DNA of 64,000 nt from Leptogorgia sarmentosa. Its lineage: Eukaryota. Within the stretch, counting starts at the first letter, position 1. Each line of letters opens with the position of its first letter. The position numbers and the translations under genes are program-made. The notes beneath the pieces were generated by a model. The model ran no database searches. It was not told the origin of the DNA and worked only from the letters and a program-made list of their open reading frames with translations. Where the stretch lies: assembly GCA_964658305.1 (NCBI GenBank), contig OZ210885.1, positions 11,780,001 through 11,844,000 on the forward strand. The letters are read 5' to 3'. Positions 1 through 12,767 of the stretch are shown piece after piece.

Positions 1-233
1 ACTCGATATGGACCTCTTCCAAACACAGCACGTTCCTCGTTTCGCTGTTTTGTCTGTATGATTTTCTTTATCTTCTCCACAAACTCGTGGTGCTTGCTTG
101 CATTAAAATTGAGATCATGCTTGATCATAAAATTGGCGGATTCGGAATCATTATTCTTGTACTCCACCGGTGGATTTCCTAATCCGGCGTCGACTCGAAC
201 AGGTTTTAACATCGAGTTTTTCATCTCATTTGC
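1..233 (-). pseudogene. Exon fragment of a MULE-like/transposon-derived uncharacterised protein; runs off the window edge
   Basis: Manual translation after a tttttAG acceptor at 235-234: ANEMKNSMLKPVRVDAGLGNPPVEYKNNDSESANFMIKH...EERAVFGRGPYR. The AGLGNPP..YxNN.SES.N motif is recalled from invertebrate MULE-like proteins. Confidence 0.45.
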
Positions 234-780
234 CTAAAAACAGGAAAATGAACAGGTTGATAAATGGGGGACACACCGGCATACACATACTCAAATGTAA
301 ATGAATATATTTTTCTTTTCGCGATCACATTGAACAATCCAGCATTTGTTGAGTTTTCTATTGCATGCTATTAGAAAGTATTTTTGATAGTAGTATTTTT
401 AAAATTTTAGCACAATTGGTAGCTATAAATCGTAAAGTGGCCTTAAAACCATTAAGGTTGAAGACATGCAAATTAGCGACATACTTTTGACAAATACGGT
501 GAACTATATAGATCTTGCATCGAGTGATGACTGATGATATCTTTTTGTTGTAAACTCAAACGAGTGTTCATTTCTGATATATAGAAGTTTACCATCCATT
601 AATTAATAATATTTAAATATGACAAGTTTCGACGTCAAATGCACACAATATTTTTGTCCTACTGTCATGTTACACGAAACACATCACACCTTCATTCCTT
701 GTTGCTCTTCTTGAGAAATTTTCGTATCTGTCTTTTATTACTGGTTTTTAATTTGGACATTTCATCAAGATCAAACGCAG

Positions 781-1540
781 TTAGATAAAAGCATTCTTTT
801 GGAAGCTCGTCCGTCCATGGCTTTCCTCCGCGGTTAGACAAGGAACCCACCTCTTGTTCCACAACCCCTTCCAGTAATGGATAGTGATTGTTTTCTTTTT
901 TTTTTGTAAAACTTTACCAATTACTGGGACATCCTTATGACCTAAAAATGAGGTAGCTACGAAAGACGACTCTTTAACATGGGTGCAAAGATCGGAAACC
1001 GATTGCACTTCAGCCGGACGCATGTTGGGGCCTGTGTAGACATGTAAGGAAAAACACAATGAAAAGCGAATTGTTGTAGTTTCCTAAATCAGTAATCAGA
1101 GAGAATGTTTGCTTCGCCATTTAATCAAGAAATAAATTTATAGAGCTACGTAACCTCAGGTTATTGCTCTAGCTGAGATGACACTAAGTTCAAAACTTCG
1201 GGTGACGCACCAACAGGAACTTCAGGCATTTCACTATTTTCATTATCCAACTCTGGTACACTCACGCAAATATGACTAAATTTCAGTAACTTCAGTTCAT
1301 CTAGGAGCCATGTTTCTGGTTTCATTGGCGCGGACGTATATATGTGTCTGAAGCAGAGTCGAAGAAATCTTTCCACCATTCCTTAGCCTCCTCTTTAATC
1401 ACTGTACAATTGTCCAGAAACTTTTGCACAATGACTTTGAAAACACGGTACAGTTTATTGCTTTTTTTAATTAAAGTTCATAAATATTCTAAACTCCACC
1501 ATTTCCTTTACTTCATGGTACTTTCCTTTACGTTGTACTA
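781..1540 (-). pseudogene. Degenerate transposon-like coding relic, family unresolved
   Basis: Protein-like fragments in several frames (KEEAKEWWKDFF; PVIGKVL...TIHYWKGLWNKRWVP) broken by stops and frameshifts. Confidence 0.25.
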
Positions 1541-1699
1541 GATGTTAAAAGAATGTTTTAAGCACATATAACCAATGCCATGTTACCATATCGATGCCAT
1601 GTATTTCTATTACCAATAGGACTGAGTACTAAAGACTTGCTTTGAATTTTTTCAAGGTGTACTTGGTCCTTTAATACTATGTCATAGCAATTTATTCTT

Positions 1700-2900
1700 A
1701 CCTTGCAAATTTATATCCTCAAACACCGTCCTTTAAACTTGCCAGCCCTCACTTCGTCCACAGCCATAAGATTTCCAATCTTTTCAAATCTTCAATCAAG
1801 ATTTTCAATCCACGTTGTGACCAACATGGCCATCCCGACCCATTCACCAAATTTCTCAAAACTTGAATAGCTTGTATATCATACTCCATATTTTCATCCG
1901 ATTAAATCACATTGTGTGATGAAAACTTATTTTTTCCCCGCAAGCCGTTTTTAATGCTAACCAAACGTTTTTGGAAATTTTGAGCGTTCGTTAGTTTAGA
2001 GAATGTTTTTCATCAGTAAACTTTTTGATACACCCTGTATTACTCGATTGTAACGGAGGTCAGGGCGATTCTGCAATGCTTACAGGGTAAAGAGAGAATA
2101 GGCTTACCTTTTAGATAGTTCCTTCTCGTGTGCTGACAAGGACAACGTAATCTCTTTTTACTGTTTGCCGATGCGTATCAGCAGGGGCCAGTTGTATAAA
2201 AACGTAGTTAAAGTTAACTATAGTTAAGTGCGAAAATTGACCAATCAGAAACGCGTATTTCAAAGTTAACTACAATTTAACTACAAAACGCATAGTTAAG
2301 AGTTTTATACAAGCGCCCCCACGTCTTTTGTAGACATCGACACGCAATCTTGGGGCTCTCCCGAGCGTCGTTTGTTGAAAACAATCATCCTCTTAAGATA
2401 CAACTCGGCCAAATCTTGCCAGATCTCATTTGCTGAACACAACCCTAGCCGTTCGGTTAACCCTTTCATCTTAAAAAAAAAATCATAAAATCATATGTTT
2501 GATAAACCATAAGTTAAGCATTACACACTAGAATTGGTAGCCTATTCGCCTATATGTTATTTACCGGCTCCTGATCAAACGACATTTGAGAACGATACAA
2601 TTATATTTTCGCCCAAAGAATTAAACATACATACTTAGACAATTGGCCGTCATTAGATACTAAGGAAGCCAACATCAACATCTTTCTTGCTAGTGGCATC
2701 ACGACAGCGAATGGTCTGGCTTTTTAGGATCAGTGCTGCCTTTTTAATAGCGTAACCAATCTTGAGGGCACTCGATGGGGCCTTATACTGGTTTAGATGA
2801 TTTCTGTTCTTTTCCATCCAAGCCGCTGACCGTGCATCCGCACGGCCTTCAAAGAGGAAGTCCAACATCTCCGGCTTCACTGCATCCTTCAACTGCATGA
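1700..2900 (-). pseudogene. Intron-containing tyrosine-recombinase (Crypton-like) pseudogene
   Basis: Collinear fragments YKAPSSALKIGYAIKK (about 2750-2790), WQDLAELYLKRMIVFNKRRSGE (about 2355-2420), SLSAHEKELSKR followed by gtaag (about 2105-2140), GHVGHNVD and IGNLMAVDEVRAGKFKGRCL (about 1720-1830). Stops, frameshifts and a MITE insertion are present. Confidence 0.6.
2184..2320. mobile_element. Small MITE (PIF/Harbinger-like) inserted in the recombinase exon
   Basis: Imperfect terminal inverted repeats GGGGCCAGTTGTATAAAA ... TTTTATACAAGCGCCCCC; it interrupts the reading frame. Confidence 0.6.
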
Positions 2901-3504
2901 AAGAATTCGTTGTTCTCCATTTCCGTGATCTTTTTGGATGGTGGTTAGTCCTTCGTTTCATATCATTGTTCACCAGAATGAATGCAGTCGTGGTGAGGAG
3001 TGCGGGTGCGAAATAGCCAATGGAACTGCCAACCAAGATTGCCTTGTTTCGGAAAAATGTTAGGACGTCTCTTGGAAAAAGGCTTGAATAGGAATAGTGT
3101 TTTCTCGAAACGCGCCTTTCAAGGGATATCCAAGTACTTTCGTGCTGTCGAGCGACATTTGTCAAAGGATTAAAATAAACACATTCGTATTGTCCGATAT
3201 TTAATACGAGTAAATTGTAATTAACTGAAACGATATATACAAATGAAAACAACCTAAGTTCAAAAATAATTTCAACACTAAGTCTAAATGTGACCTTCCA
3301 TGGGATTTCATACGTTAACGATTTTTCGTTGAAACGGCAAAACAAACAGTAAACGAACGGATAGCAAACGCTTTGTGTAAAAAAACGTGTTGTTGTAGCT
3401 TCAGCAGTTGCGAAATTCATGAGCCAGCGTGAATGACGCACATCATTTGCGCATGTGCAGAACTGCGATAATCATGTATTTAGCAAGTCAGGAATTTCGC
3501 GTCA

Positions 3505-3675
3505 CACCGGAAGTAAATAGTATGCAGAAGTGTGTCCAAGATAGCGCCGGAAGTAAATAGTATGCAGTGCGCGCTGGAAGTAAATAGTATGCATTAGGAA
3601 TATAGCGGAAAAAGTAATTAATATGCGCGCCAGAGGTAATTAATATACGGGAGCGAGTAATTAGTATCGGTGTAT
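3505..3675. repeat. Array of GGAAGTAAATAGTATGC-type motifs, probably subterminal repeats of a DNA transposon
   Basis: Three near-exact GGAAGTAAATAGTATGCA copies plus three degenerate (A/G)GTAATTA(A/G)TAT copies. A related motif occurs in reverse orientation near 55466-55483. Confidence 0.5.
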
Positions 3676-3838
3676 TATTAACATTTTCAAAAAATATTTA
3701 CAGTTAAATGGAGTGCCAGAGGCATCCACAGAGTGTAATTTCACCGCACTCAATGCAAAAATTGAAAGTTAATCGATTGAATATTTCTTTTACAATGTCT
3801 ACTGATTTTTTGTGCACATGTATCCCGCAGCAGTTGGT

Positions 3839-4690
3839 TTATTGCGGCTCTTCGTCTTCGTTTTCAAACACAACCAGCATATTCCGTACGTGCTCGCTGT
3901 TCGTTCGTGCATCGTTTGGCCTTGATTTTGGCAGCAGTACCCTTCGTGTTCGTGCCTGTTTGCGGGGCCCTCTAGGTGGTAACGCTAAGGCGGTGGTCTT
4001 TACTTCCAACCTTGCTGCGTGCTTCTGTTGTACAGCCATGTCGATAGAGTTTACTTTTCTTTTCTTCAATACGTCATCATTCTGCACAGGAATATTTTTT
4101 CTCTTTCCAGCGGAAGGCCTTCGTGGCTTGGCTACCGGCTTTACATTGCTTAGCCTCCTTTTCAATTGTTTTAGCACAGCACCCTATACAAAATTTGAGA
4201 TGTATAAGCTCCAGAAACATAATTCAAGCTCACTGAAAAACCATGAATGCTGCAGTTGATGATCAAGTACAATATGCATTTTGCCATGGAAACCATGAGA
4301 CATTTTTATTACTGTGGTTTAGCATATACCATTAATTAATAGACACAATCCCATTGCACCTAACAGTCTAGAACATAATATTCAGTATGTGGCTTAAAGG
4401 TTGTTACTTACATGGCCGGTTTCTTCATCATTGAGACAAGGATACTTCCGAATGAGCATCCTTGCCATTGCTTCTAACTCCCCCCTTTCGGGGAAGCGAT
4501 TAAATGGTGCTGAGGAAGCGGCCGACACCATGTTGTTGATTGTGCCACGTATTAGCCGCTCCCTCAGCTTTTTTTCCAACTTTCCATGTTTATTTATTGC
4601 TGTTTCAATTTCGACATCACTGTAACATATGTAATGAGGTTTTTCCGTCATTCCTGAAATCGAAGAAAAATCAGTGTTATCGTCAATCAT
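3839..4690 (-). pseudogene. Two-exon fragment of a SAMD3-like / transposon accessory ORF
   Basis: ORF 4394-4690 (LRERLIRGTINNM...ELEAMARMLIRKYPCL, then H|gtaagt) and ORF 3839-4177. Part of it (about 3880-4030) is repeated at about 45700-45850. Confidence 0.4.
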
Positions 4691-4729
4691 TCAATATCAA
4701 TGTTATAAACACCAAAGCTTCTGAAGCAT

Positions 4730-5112
4730 ACAGTCATCAGTATGGTTGGCGTCTTTCTAACTATGCAAATCATGTTGTAGTTAAAAGTTTCTCTGGTGCT
4801 ACTGTTAATGACACGGAAGATTATTTAAAGCCGGTTCTTCGTAAAGAGCCAAATAAAATCATTTTGCATGCAGCAACAAAACAGAGTAGCTTAAGGTATT
4901 GCAAACCTAGGCACCCAAATTAAAGAAGAATCCCCAACAACCAGCATTGTGATCTCAAGTATATTACCAAGATCAGATAATGCAGATTTATCAACAAAAG
5001 CATTAGAAGTAAATAGACTTACTAAATCAATTTGCTCCAAAAACAAATTATTTATATTGAACATAAAACGGTGAACAAATCATGCCTTAATTTACGTGTC
5101 TTGCATTTAAAT
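4730..5112 (+). mobile_element. L2/CR1 LINE ORF1 (SGNH esterase-like) fragment
   Basis: GWRLS...HVVVKSFSGATVNDTEDYLKPVLRKEPNKIILH, later ISSILPRSD and CLN..LHLN in shifted frames. Confidence 0.7.
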
Positions 5113-5459
5113 AGTTGACCTGCATCTAAGGACGAAAGCGGACTTATAACCTATTAATTAATATTATTATCGAGACGAAAGCATAAGGAAAATTGCTGAT
5201 TCTTATTGGTTGCCGCTTCTGAATTTCCATGCTTGAATCAAATTGTTGGTTGCTATTGGTTGTGACGAAACGGGACGAATTCTGGCCAAGGCCTATACTT
5301 TATACGTCGCTGTTATGACAAACTTTATAGCGTCAAAGAATGGTAATTGAGATGTAATACTCTTATTATCCTTGTTTGAATTGCATTTTACACGACGTAA
5401 GTTTGACATAACAGCGACGTATAAACTAGGCCTAAACCATGCGTATGATAGCTGCGTTC

Positions 5460-5600
5460 ATATGTCTGCACGTTGGGTATTTCGTGAAGCGCAACTTTCA
5501 ATCGATCGATTGTACCATAGCTTACCATATATGTCTGCATGTTGGGTATTTCGTGAAGCGGAACTTTCAATCGATCGATTGTACCATAGCTTACCATATA
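5460..5600. repeat. Tandem duplication, two units of about 69 bp
   Basis: ATATGTCTGCAYGTTGGGTATTTCGTGAAGCG...GTACCATAGCTTACCAT repeated head-to-tail. Confidence 0.85.
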
Positions 5601-6926
5601 GTTATACCGACTAACAATATTCGAAAAAGGTCGTAGACATCGTCATAGTTGCCTTTCAGATAATTTCCAGAGTGAAGGAAATACTTTATTTCAGTGAAAT
5701 TCTTCAAAACAGGAGTTCTCATATTCAAATTAGCCAGAAATTATTGTGTTAGTTGGCAGATCGAATTGATTAATGAATAAAAAAACACAATGACAAGATC
5801 ATCAAAGTACTTAGGCTTCAAATATTTAGATTGAGTTATAGCTGAGAACGTCTTTTTGATGATTTGATTTGAATGTTGTATTTGTTAATAATATCTTACA
5901 AATTTTGTTTACAATCCATTCCCATATACATTAATATTATTTCCCGAGTTTATGTTCTGAATTTCCGAATCTATTTAATAATTTCTGAATGTATTCAGCG
6001 AATTGCGAATTGCAAAAATGCGAACATCTGTTCTGGAGTCCGACAGCCGAAAGTGTGCAACCTTTTAGACAAATAGTCCAAGATGTTGGCCCTGTAATGT
6101 CTTTGTACACTAGACAAAGCTATCCCAGAGTCCGGAATAGTACATTCAATGCAAATTGAATGAGATCAACTGCATAAATTTTTTTTGAAATCACTTCGCG
6201 AAAAGAAGAAAAAAAGCTTGAAAGAAAGCAAAAAAATGAAAAGGAACCAACTCGCTGCTGGCGAGTCGGGACCATATCCTCTGAGCTAACGAAGCTCGAC
6301 AAAATTGACGGTAAAAACCTTTTATATGAATTGATTTTGCAATACAATATATAAAGTACGCGCGGTTACTAAGCAAGTGATCCCAAAAATTTTTTTTGCC
6401 AACCGCATACGTTTAGTTATCATCTCGCTATGAATGTATCCTGAAATTGCAGTGTTAAGTGCATTGTTCATGGTGAGTCCAACCACGACAGACAGAGCAG
6501 TCCGTTTTGTTCTACCAATGCTGTGGACTCTAGAAACTTAGTTTCCCCTGGCGGAGTAGCGGCAATTGATGGGACCAGACGCGAGATACAACGACCTTCA
6601 AACGGAACCACAGCAGCAGTTCTATAGTGCCAGCGACATAAATAGGGTGCTTTGCGATTGTTTGTGAAAAATTTGGCTCTCTAAAAACCAAATTTACCCT
6701 TAAATATTCTGTTCATTCATGCAGCATTTGCCTAGACGCTAAAGAGTATGTATGATCGGTATGTGTGTAGGTTCAAAACAGAATACTTGAAAATGTATCT
6801 GATTTCGTTTGTTTTGTCTCGGGCTTAATAAACGCAAAAACCCGTTTTAATACAGGCTACAAATTCTATTTTCCTGGGATTGAATGTTTCAACCATTCTG
6901 TATGGCAAAGCGTCAAAATATAGTAG

Positions 6927-8045
6927 ATATTCCGTGATCACAATGACACCGCGGGTCCGCGGGCAGTCCAAACATGTACAAATGTGTCAGTGCCGACACG
7001 CTTTACTTGTAAAGGAAGCTCGTATAACTATCAGGCAGTAATCAATGCTTGAAATTATATTATATATTTACCTGCTCAGATTCTTCACCTTCGACGATAG
7101 TTCTTGAAATAAGGAAAAACACTTTAGTGTGCCTTTCATAGTATCGATCAGAAGGGACATTTTTCCGAAATCTTTGTTTACTGAACTAACCTTGCCTCAG
7201 GCGGTAAATCCGCCATGAACATTCCACTATAATTATCTGAGCCATCAAGCAATACTTGTTGTTCGTTTTTCTCTTCAACAAATTTCTTTCTTCCTTCAGA
7301 CGCTAAAATGGCAGGACATACAAGATTACATGAAGATTGCACAACATAGTGATTCTAAAACAAATTATCGTATCAAATCACGCATAATTTGCGTGAAACA
7401 CATGCATTGCCTTAATTATTTTACTTTCTCCTGTCAAATTCTGTCATCGTTCTGTTTGACCACAACTTAAAAATTGTAATTCATACCTCATTTTCCCCCT
7501 GCAGCTGAACAAGTTTAGCCGCAAGACGCTTGCATTCAATCTCAGCCTAAAAATAGAACGTGTATATTATATATTTAGTTGAGTGAAACATTTCTTAAGA
7601 TCCAGGACTCGTGCCGGTCAAAAACAGAAAAGACTGAAGCAAAATATTTTGATAAATACTGCATAGAAATCGACAGAAATATTCATGAGAATCTTTTGTG
7701 TTGTACACGTGGGCTTTGTAATAAATTGTGATCGATAAAAAGCGAATGCAGTGATTAACAATTATTGGATGAGGTTTTTGTGATATGCGGAATTATCAAG
7801 GTCGAGGTAAGCGTTATCAGCCGAGCCGAAACCGAATTCAAAAATTGTTTTATTATACATTTGAAGAATAACAAACAAAGTATTAATGCATGAAAAACTT
7901 CATTTATCAAAACATAGGCTCATTTTGTACATAATTAGTTATCTGCTAGCAGATAACTGGATTTCCTGTGGGTTGCGTGATTGCGCGATTTAACTGTAAG
8001 CTCTTAGCCAATCAGATTGCTTTTACCATCTACAATGTATAATAA
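6927..8045 (+). repeat. Dispersed 1.1-kb composite repeat, copy 1; 3' part is a Crypton-like non-autonomous element
   Basis: Near-identical to 48649-49783. The 3' part runs TAACAATTATTGGATGAGG...TATCAGCCGAGCCGAA...CCAATCAGA...TGTATAATAA. Confidence 0.85.
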
Positions 8046-11000
8046 ACTTTTGAAAGTTAATTTTAGTAAATCCCAAGTTAGTGTCTTGGGACACGCTAAT
8101 ATAGATAAAAGAGGTCTAAACAGATATGGACTTCATCTTAATCGTTCGGGTACATCTTTGCTAGCCAAGAATCTAATTGAACATATTAAGTGTTTTTGAT
8201 AATAATTTAGATGCAATTCCAGACTTTGGTGGGCTTGACCCAACTGTTAATAATTTAATAGCGATTAATAACTTAAATCAAACAGAAATAGTATCAGATA
8301 ATTCATGTGAAAATGAAAATTTAATCCAGGCTCAGCTGAAAAAACTTAAAGGTTTCCGTGTAGGCCATTTAAATATTACTTCACTGACGAAACATATAGA
8401 ACAATTAAGGTTTTACCTTTATGATAAACCGTTTGATATTTTCAGTATAAATGAGACTAGACTGAATAATAGTATAGATGATAGAGCCATACAGTTGGAA
8501 GGATATAATGTAATTAGGAAAGATCGATCACGTGAAGGAGGTGGCGTTGCTATATATTACAGGGATCATTTAAATGTTAAAGAACGCAATGATTTAATCC
8601 CTGCTGAAATTGAAGCAATCTGTATTGAAATTTTCAAACCTAAATCAAAGCCTATACTTGTTACAACCCTGTATAGGCCACCGAATACTCGATCTGAAAT
8701 ATTTGATGTAATTAAACAACTTGTTGAAAACCTAGATGCGGAAAATAAGGAAACGATTCTGGTGGGTGATTTTAATTGATCTGCTGCCAGATAATAAAAC
8801 CTCCTTTACCAATCGATTAGTTGATATAATAAATCTATTTCAACTCACTCAGGTGATTGAGGAACCAACTCGAATCACTTCAGACACGCAAACACTATTG
8901 GACCTGTTCATAACCAATAAGCCCGAGAATATTATTAATTCTGGGGTTGTGCAATTGGGGATCAGTGACCATAATCTCATATTTGGTTGTAGAAAATTAT
9001 CTTTGGGTAAAAATCAGCCTAAAATTGTTGAAACCAGAAATTATAAGTATTATAAATCTTTTGAGTTTAAGCATGACCTTTTGGTTTCCCTTTCGAATTG
9101 TGATTGGGCGTACACTGATAATCCGAATGCACTATGGGAACAATTTAGGGACAGGTTCAACGAAGTCGCTGAAATACATGCTCCAATTAGACAAAGGCGA
9201 GTCAGAAGTAAATACGCACCTTGGTTAAATAATGAGATAAAAAACCTCATGAATTTTCGTGATGTTATGAAAAGGAAAGCTGTAAAAACCAAATCTAGTT
9301 TTTATAATGATGCCTATAAAATTGCCAGGAACAAATTGAATAAACTTATTGAGAACACTAAAACAAAATATTTCCAGCAGGTTATAAGTGACTCTAAAAA
9401 TAATTCAAAGGAATTGTGGAGAAATATTAATCAGATGATCAACAAAAGTTCAAAAACAACGAATGTAACTAGTGTTAAATTTAATGAAAATATAGCGACA
9501 GATAGTGGTGATATGGCTGAAATATTTAACAATTATTTTACTAAAGTGGGAATAGATTTATCAAAGCAGATTCCTAAAGGTTCCAAAAGGTTCGAAGATT
9601 ATATAAAACCAGTTAATCGTATCTTTGAGTTCAAAATAATTTCTGTTGGTGAAGTAGAAGCAGTATTGAATAAACTCAAAACATCCAAGTCGTGTGGACA
9701 GGATAAAATACCTTCAACATTATTAAAGGATTCGTGTGAGATATCTGCCTATTACCTAACATTTATATATAATTGTTCTCTTGCTACTGGTATCTTTCCT
9801 GATGATTGGAAAGTTGCCAGAATTTCTCCCATTTATAAATCTGGTGATAAGCAAGAGTGTGGAAATTATCGGCCAATATCAGTCTTGTCTGTCGCTGCTA
9901 AAGTATTTGAAAAATTGATGAGTGATCAACTAAATGGCTATTTGAGAAAGGAAAATATTTTGACTAAATCTCAATCAGGATTTAGGAAAGGCCATTCCAC
10001 CACATCTTCTCTACTTAGCACGACAAACTCTTGGCTTATTAATATGGATTCTGGCCTAATTAATGGAGTTCTTTTCCTCGATCTCAAAAAGGCATTTGAC
10101 ACAGTTGACCACCAGATTTTAATCAGAAAACTAGAATTATACGGAATTAGAAATAATGCGCTAACATTGCTTTGCTCATATTTAGATAGAAGAACACAAG
10201 TATGTAGAGTAAATAATGTCACCTCATCATCCAAATACGTATCATGCGGTGTTCCACAAGGGTCTAACTTGGGCCCTTTATTATTCCTTTTATATGTAAA
10301 TGACTTGCCAAATTGCCTAAATAAATCTATGCCTGCTATGTATGCGGATGATACTAACCTATCTGTGACGGGAACCTCAGCTACTGATGTAGAGATGAAA
10401 TTAAATTGTGAGTTAGAATTAGTACATGATTGGCTAGTTGCAAATAAATTAACTCTGAATGTTGAGAAGACCGAATATATGATCATTGGATCATATAAGA
10501 AGCTTAGCAACATTCAGAACCAGAGTGAAATTAAAATAAAGCTTGGAGGTAAGGAAATTACCCGCACAAACGCTACCAAAAGTTTAGGGGTTATAATTGA
10601 TGAGCACTTAAGGTGGAAAGAACAAATTGATAGTATCAGCACCAAGGTGTCAAGAGCTATTGGAATTATTAGACGCGTAAAAAAATATGTTTCACAAGAT
10701 ACGTTAGAGCTAATGTATTGTTCCTTAGTTCTCCCGTATTTTGATTATTGTTCTCTTGTCTGGGATAATTGTAGTCAGACGTTAAAAGATAAAGTACAAA
10801 AGTTACAAAACAGAGCGGCAAGAGTTATAATTATGACATTCGATCGAGTGACATTCTCAAAAAGTTAGGATGGAACAATCTCCAGGATAGACGAAACTCG
10901 CAAACTATCAATTATGTTACACAGGCTCTTTTTAAAAAATGTCCTGAAGGGATTAATCAAATGTGTCATGTTAGTGATAATGACAACTATAATCTTCGGA

Positions 11001-11305
11001 GCAATGACTTGGTGCTGGGGCTATCAAAACCAAATACAAATGCAATGAAGATCCTTTAGTTATGCGGCCGCCAAAATCTGGAATTCGCAAAGTAAAACTA
11101 AGAGAGTCGAGATAATTAGTAGCGTTAGAAATTGTAGTTAAGTAGTGTGTATATTATATAGTTTGTTTAAATTTTTATAGTAGATATGTAAATAGTCGTA
11201 AATACACGGCCCTTTGAAAATCAGCACTTATTATTTGTACATTTTTCAGCTGAAAGGCTACCGTGTTTAAATATTTTTAAATAAATAAATAAATAAATAA
11301 ATAAA
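8046..11305 (+). mobile_element. 5'-truncated L2/CR1-clade LINE (end of ORF1, APE-RT ORF2, (TAAA)n tail); inactivated
   Basis: ORF1 end GLHLNRSG. Endonuclease motifs HLNI, NETRL, GGGVAIY, YRPP, GDFN, SDH. RT motifs YRPIS, QSGFR, DLKKAFD, GVPQGS, YADD. Frameshifts at about 8778 and 10830. (TAAA)n tail at 11278-11305. Confidence 0.93.
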
Positions 11306-11517
11306 CAACTTTCACACAGGAAGTCAATAAGCGGGGAACTTGTAACAGGAAGTGAGGAACTTCTAACAGACTTATCGAATCTGGGAGTAATCGTTTGTCA
11401 AAGGTAGAAAACCAGGACATATAATCTGAATTTTAATCATTTTGCAATATGAATGAATTAGTGAAGAATAGCAAAGGTAAATTAGGTAATAAAATTCAAC
11501 AGCAAGCTTGTGAAATC

Positions 11518-11598
11518 AATTAGCTCTGGAGTTAGAGCACTGGTCTAGTAAAACAGCTAGTAAACCAGGGGTCCAGAGTTCAAATCTCTGATGAGGCT
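11518..11598 (+). pseudogene. tRNA-Thr(AGT) pseudogene
   Basis: Matches the Thr(AGT) gene at 26050-26122 but has lost its 5' acceptor strand and carries an internal duplication around the anticodon. Confidence 0.8.
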
Positions 11599-11750
11599 CA
11601 ATTTTTCTCGATTTTTTCGAAGCACGGTGGAGACAATTGCCACGAATATGTTGCATGAGGTATCCAAGATGTGGAGACTGATCAAATAAAAGACCTAATC
11701 AAAGAGCCTTATGTACGATATAGCATCTTAGAAGGTTTCACCTGCAGGTC

Positions 11751-11832
11751 GCCTCATTAGCTCAGGGGTATAGGGGTATAGAGTACAGGTTTCGTAAACC
11801 AGGGGTGCAGAGTTCAATTCTCTGATGAGTCT
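11751..11832 (+). pseudogene. tRNA-Thr(CGT) pseudogene
   Basis: Matches 25589-25661 but has a duplicated GGGGTATA segment in the D-loop and stem mismatches. Confidence 0.8.
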
Positions 11833-12767
11833 ATGAGGATAAATGTTTGTAAAATAAGTTTTTGAAAATCGTGTAAAAACATATTTCGAAGTGAATACTT
11901 GCGATATTATGAAATGTGAATAGAAGCCAATTTTTTCTAAAGAATTTTTTTTAGTGAAACAGACGTCAGCAGTAGTACTCACTGCGAAATCGAAAAATGT
12001 GGTAGAATTCAATAGAATCGTTCATGTGCAACCATCCGCATTTCGCAGACACAATTTCTCGCGCGTCGTGGAATCTGGCCTTAAGGCCTAGAAGTAATCG
12101 CGTTTGTTAATGGAGTTACCGGTTTTTCAATTTTTGACATCGAACAAAAAATCCCATGCTCGTTTTCTACATAAAGTTGTTAATCTTCATAGCTTAGCTT
12201 AGTTTGATGTTATTGCTGAAGTTGTTTATTTTTTACTGTAAATATAGTTTCTGTAAAACTCAAATTTTGGTAGTTTTTTTTTATCTCTAAGGTTCGTACC
12301 GGCTAAAAATATGGTATCAATTAACAAGAAAATATATCAATGTTTCAAAATCGGTTATCATAATACATCATGCATTTCATTGTAAGAAATAAAAAAAGAA
12401 ATTGAACTTTTCAAACATTCACACATCTCTATTGAAATTTGGCTAAGTAAGGTTGACATAGTATGAAACATTTAGGAACTCGTAGATTTTCTAGTTTTCA
12501 TGGTGCAAGGGTGAGTGATGTAGTTAATTTCAGTGTGCAGTGTTCATTTAAGACGTAGAATTGCCAATCTATATATAACTTCTCAGTCAATTTCAGATGT
12601 TTGGTTTCGACAAATTTGAGAATGTTCGATTCGAAATGTGAAAAAAAATGTGACTTTGAAATTTTTCAAATCTAATCTGTCAGTGCTATAGTAATTTACA
12701 GATTAGTGTTTTGGTCCCACGAATGCTATCCCTCATCACTATACCCCTAACTGTTTTTTACCGCGCT

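Noticed and set aside
2653..3441. 262-aa ORF as a real gene
   Set aside because: Only the last 80 or so residues resemble the recombinase family; the rest looks like chance read-through.
3505..3675. CRISPR-like repeat-spacer appearance
   Set aside because: Repeats are short and degenerate, spacers are only a few to about 20 bp, no cas genes are present, and the context is eukaryotic.
4730..8199. The two LINE ORF1 pieces as one element split by insertions
   Set aside because: Both pieces include the same LHLN region with different sequences, so they are separate copies.
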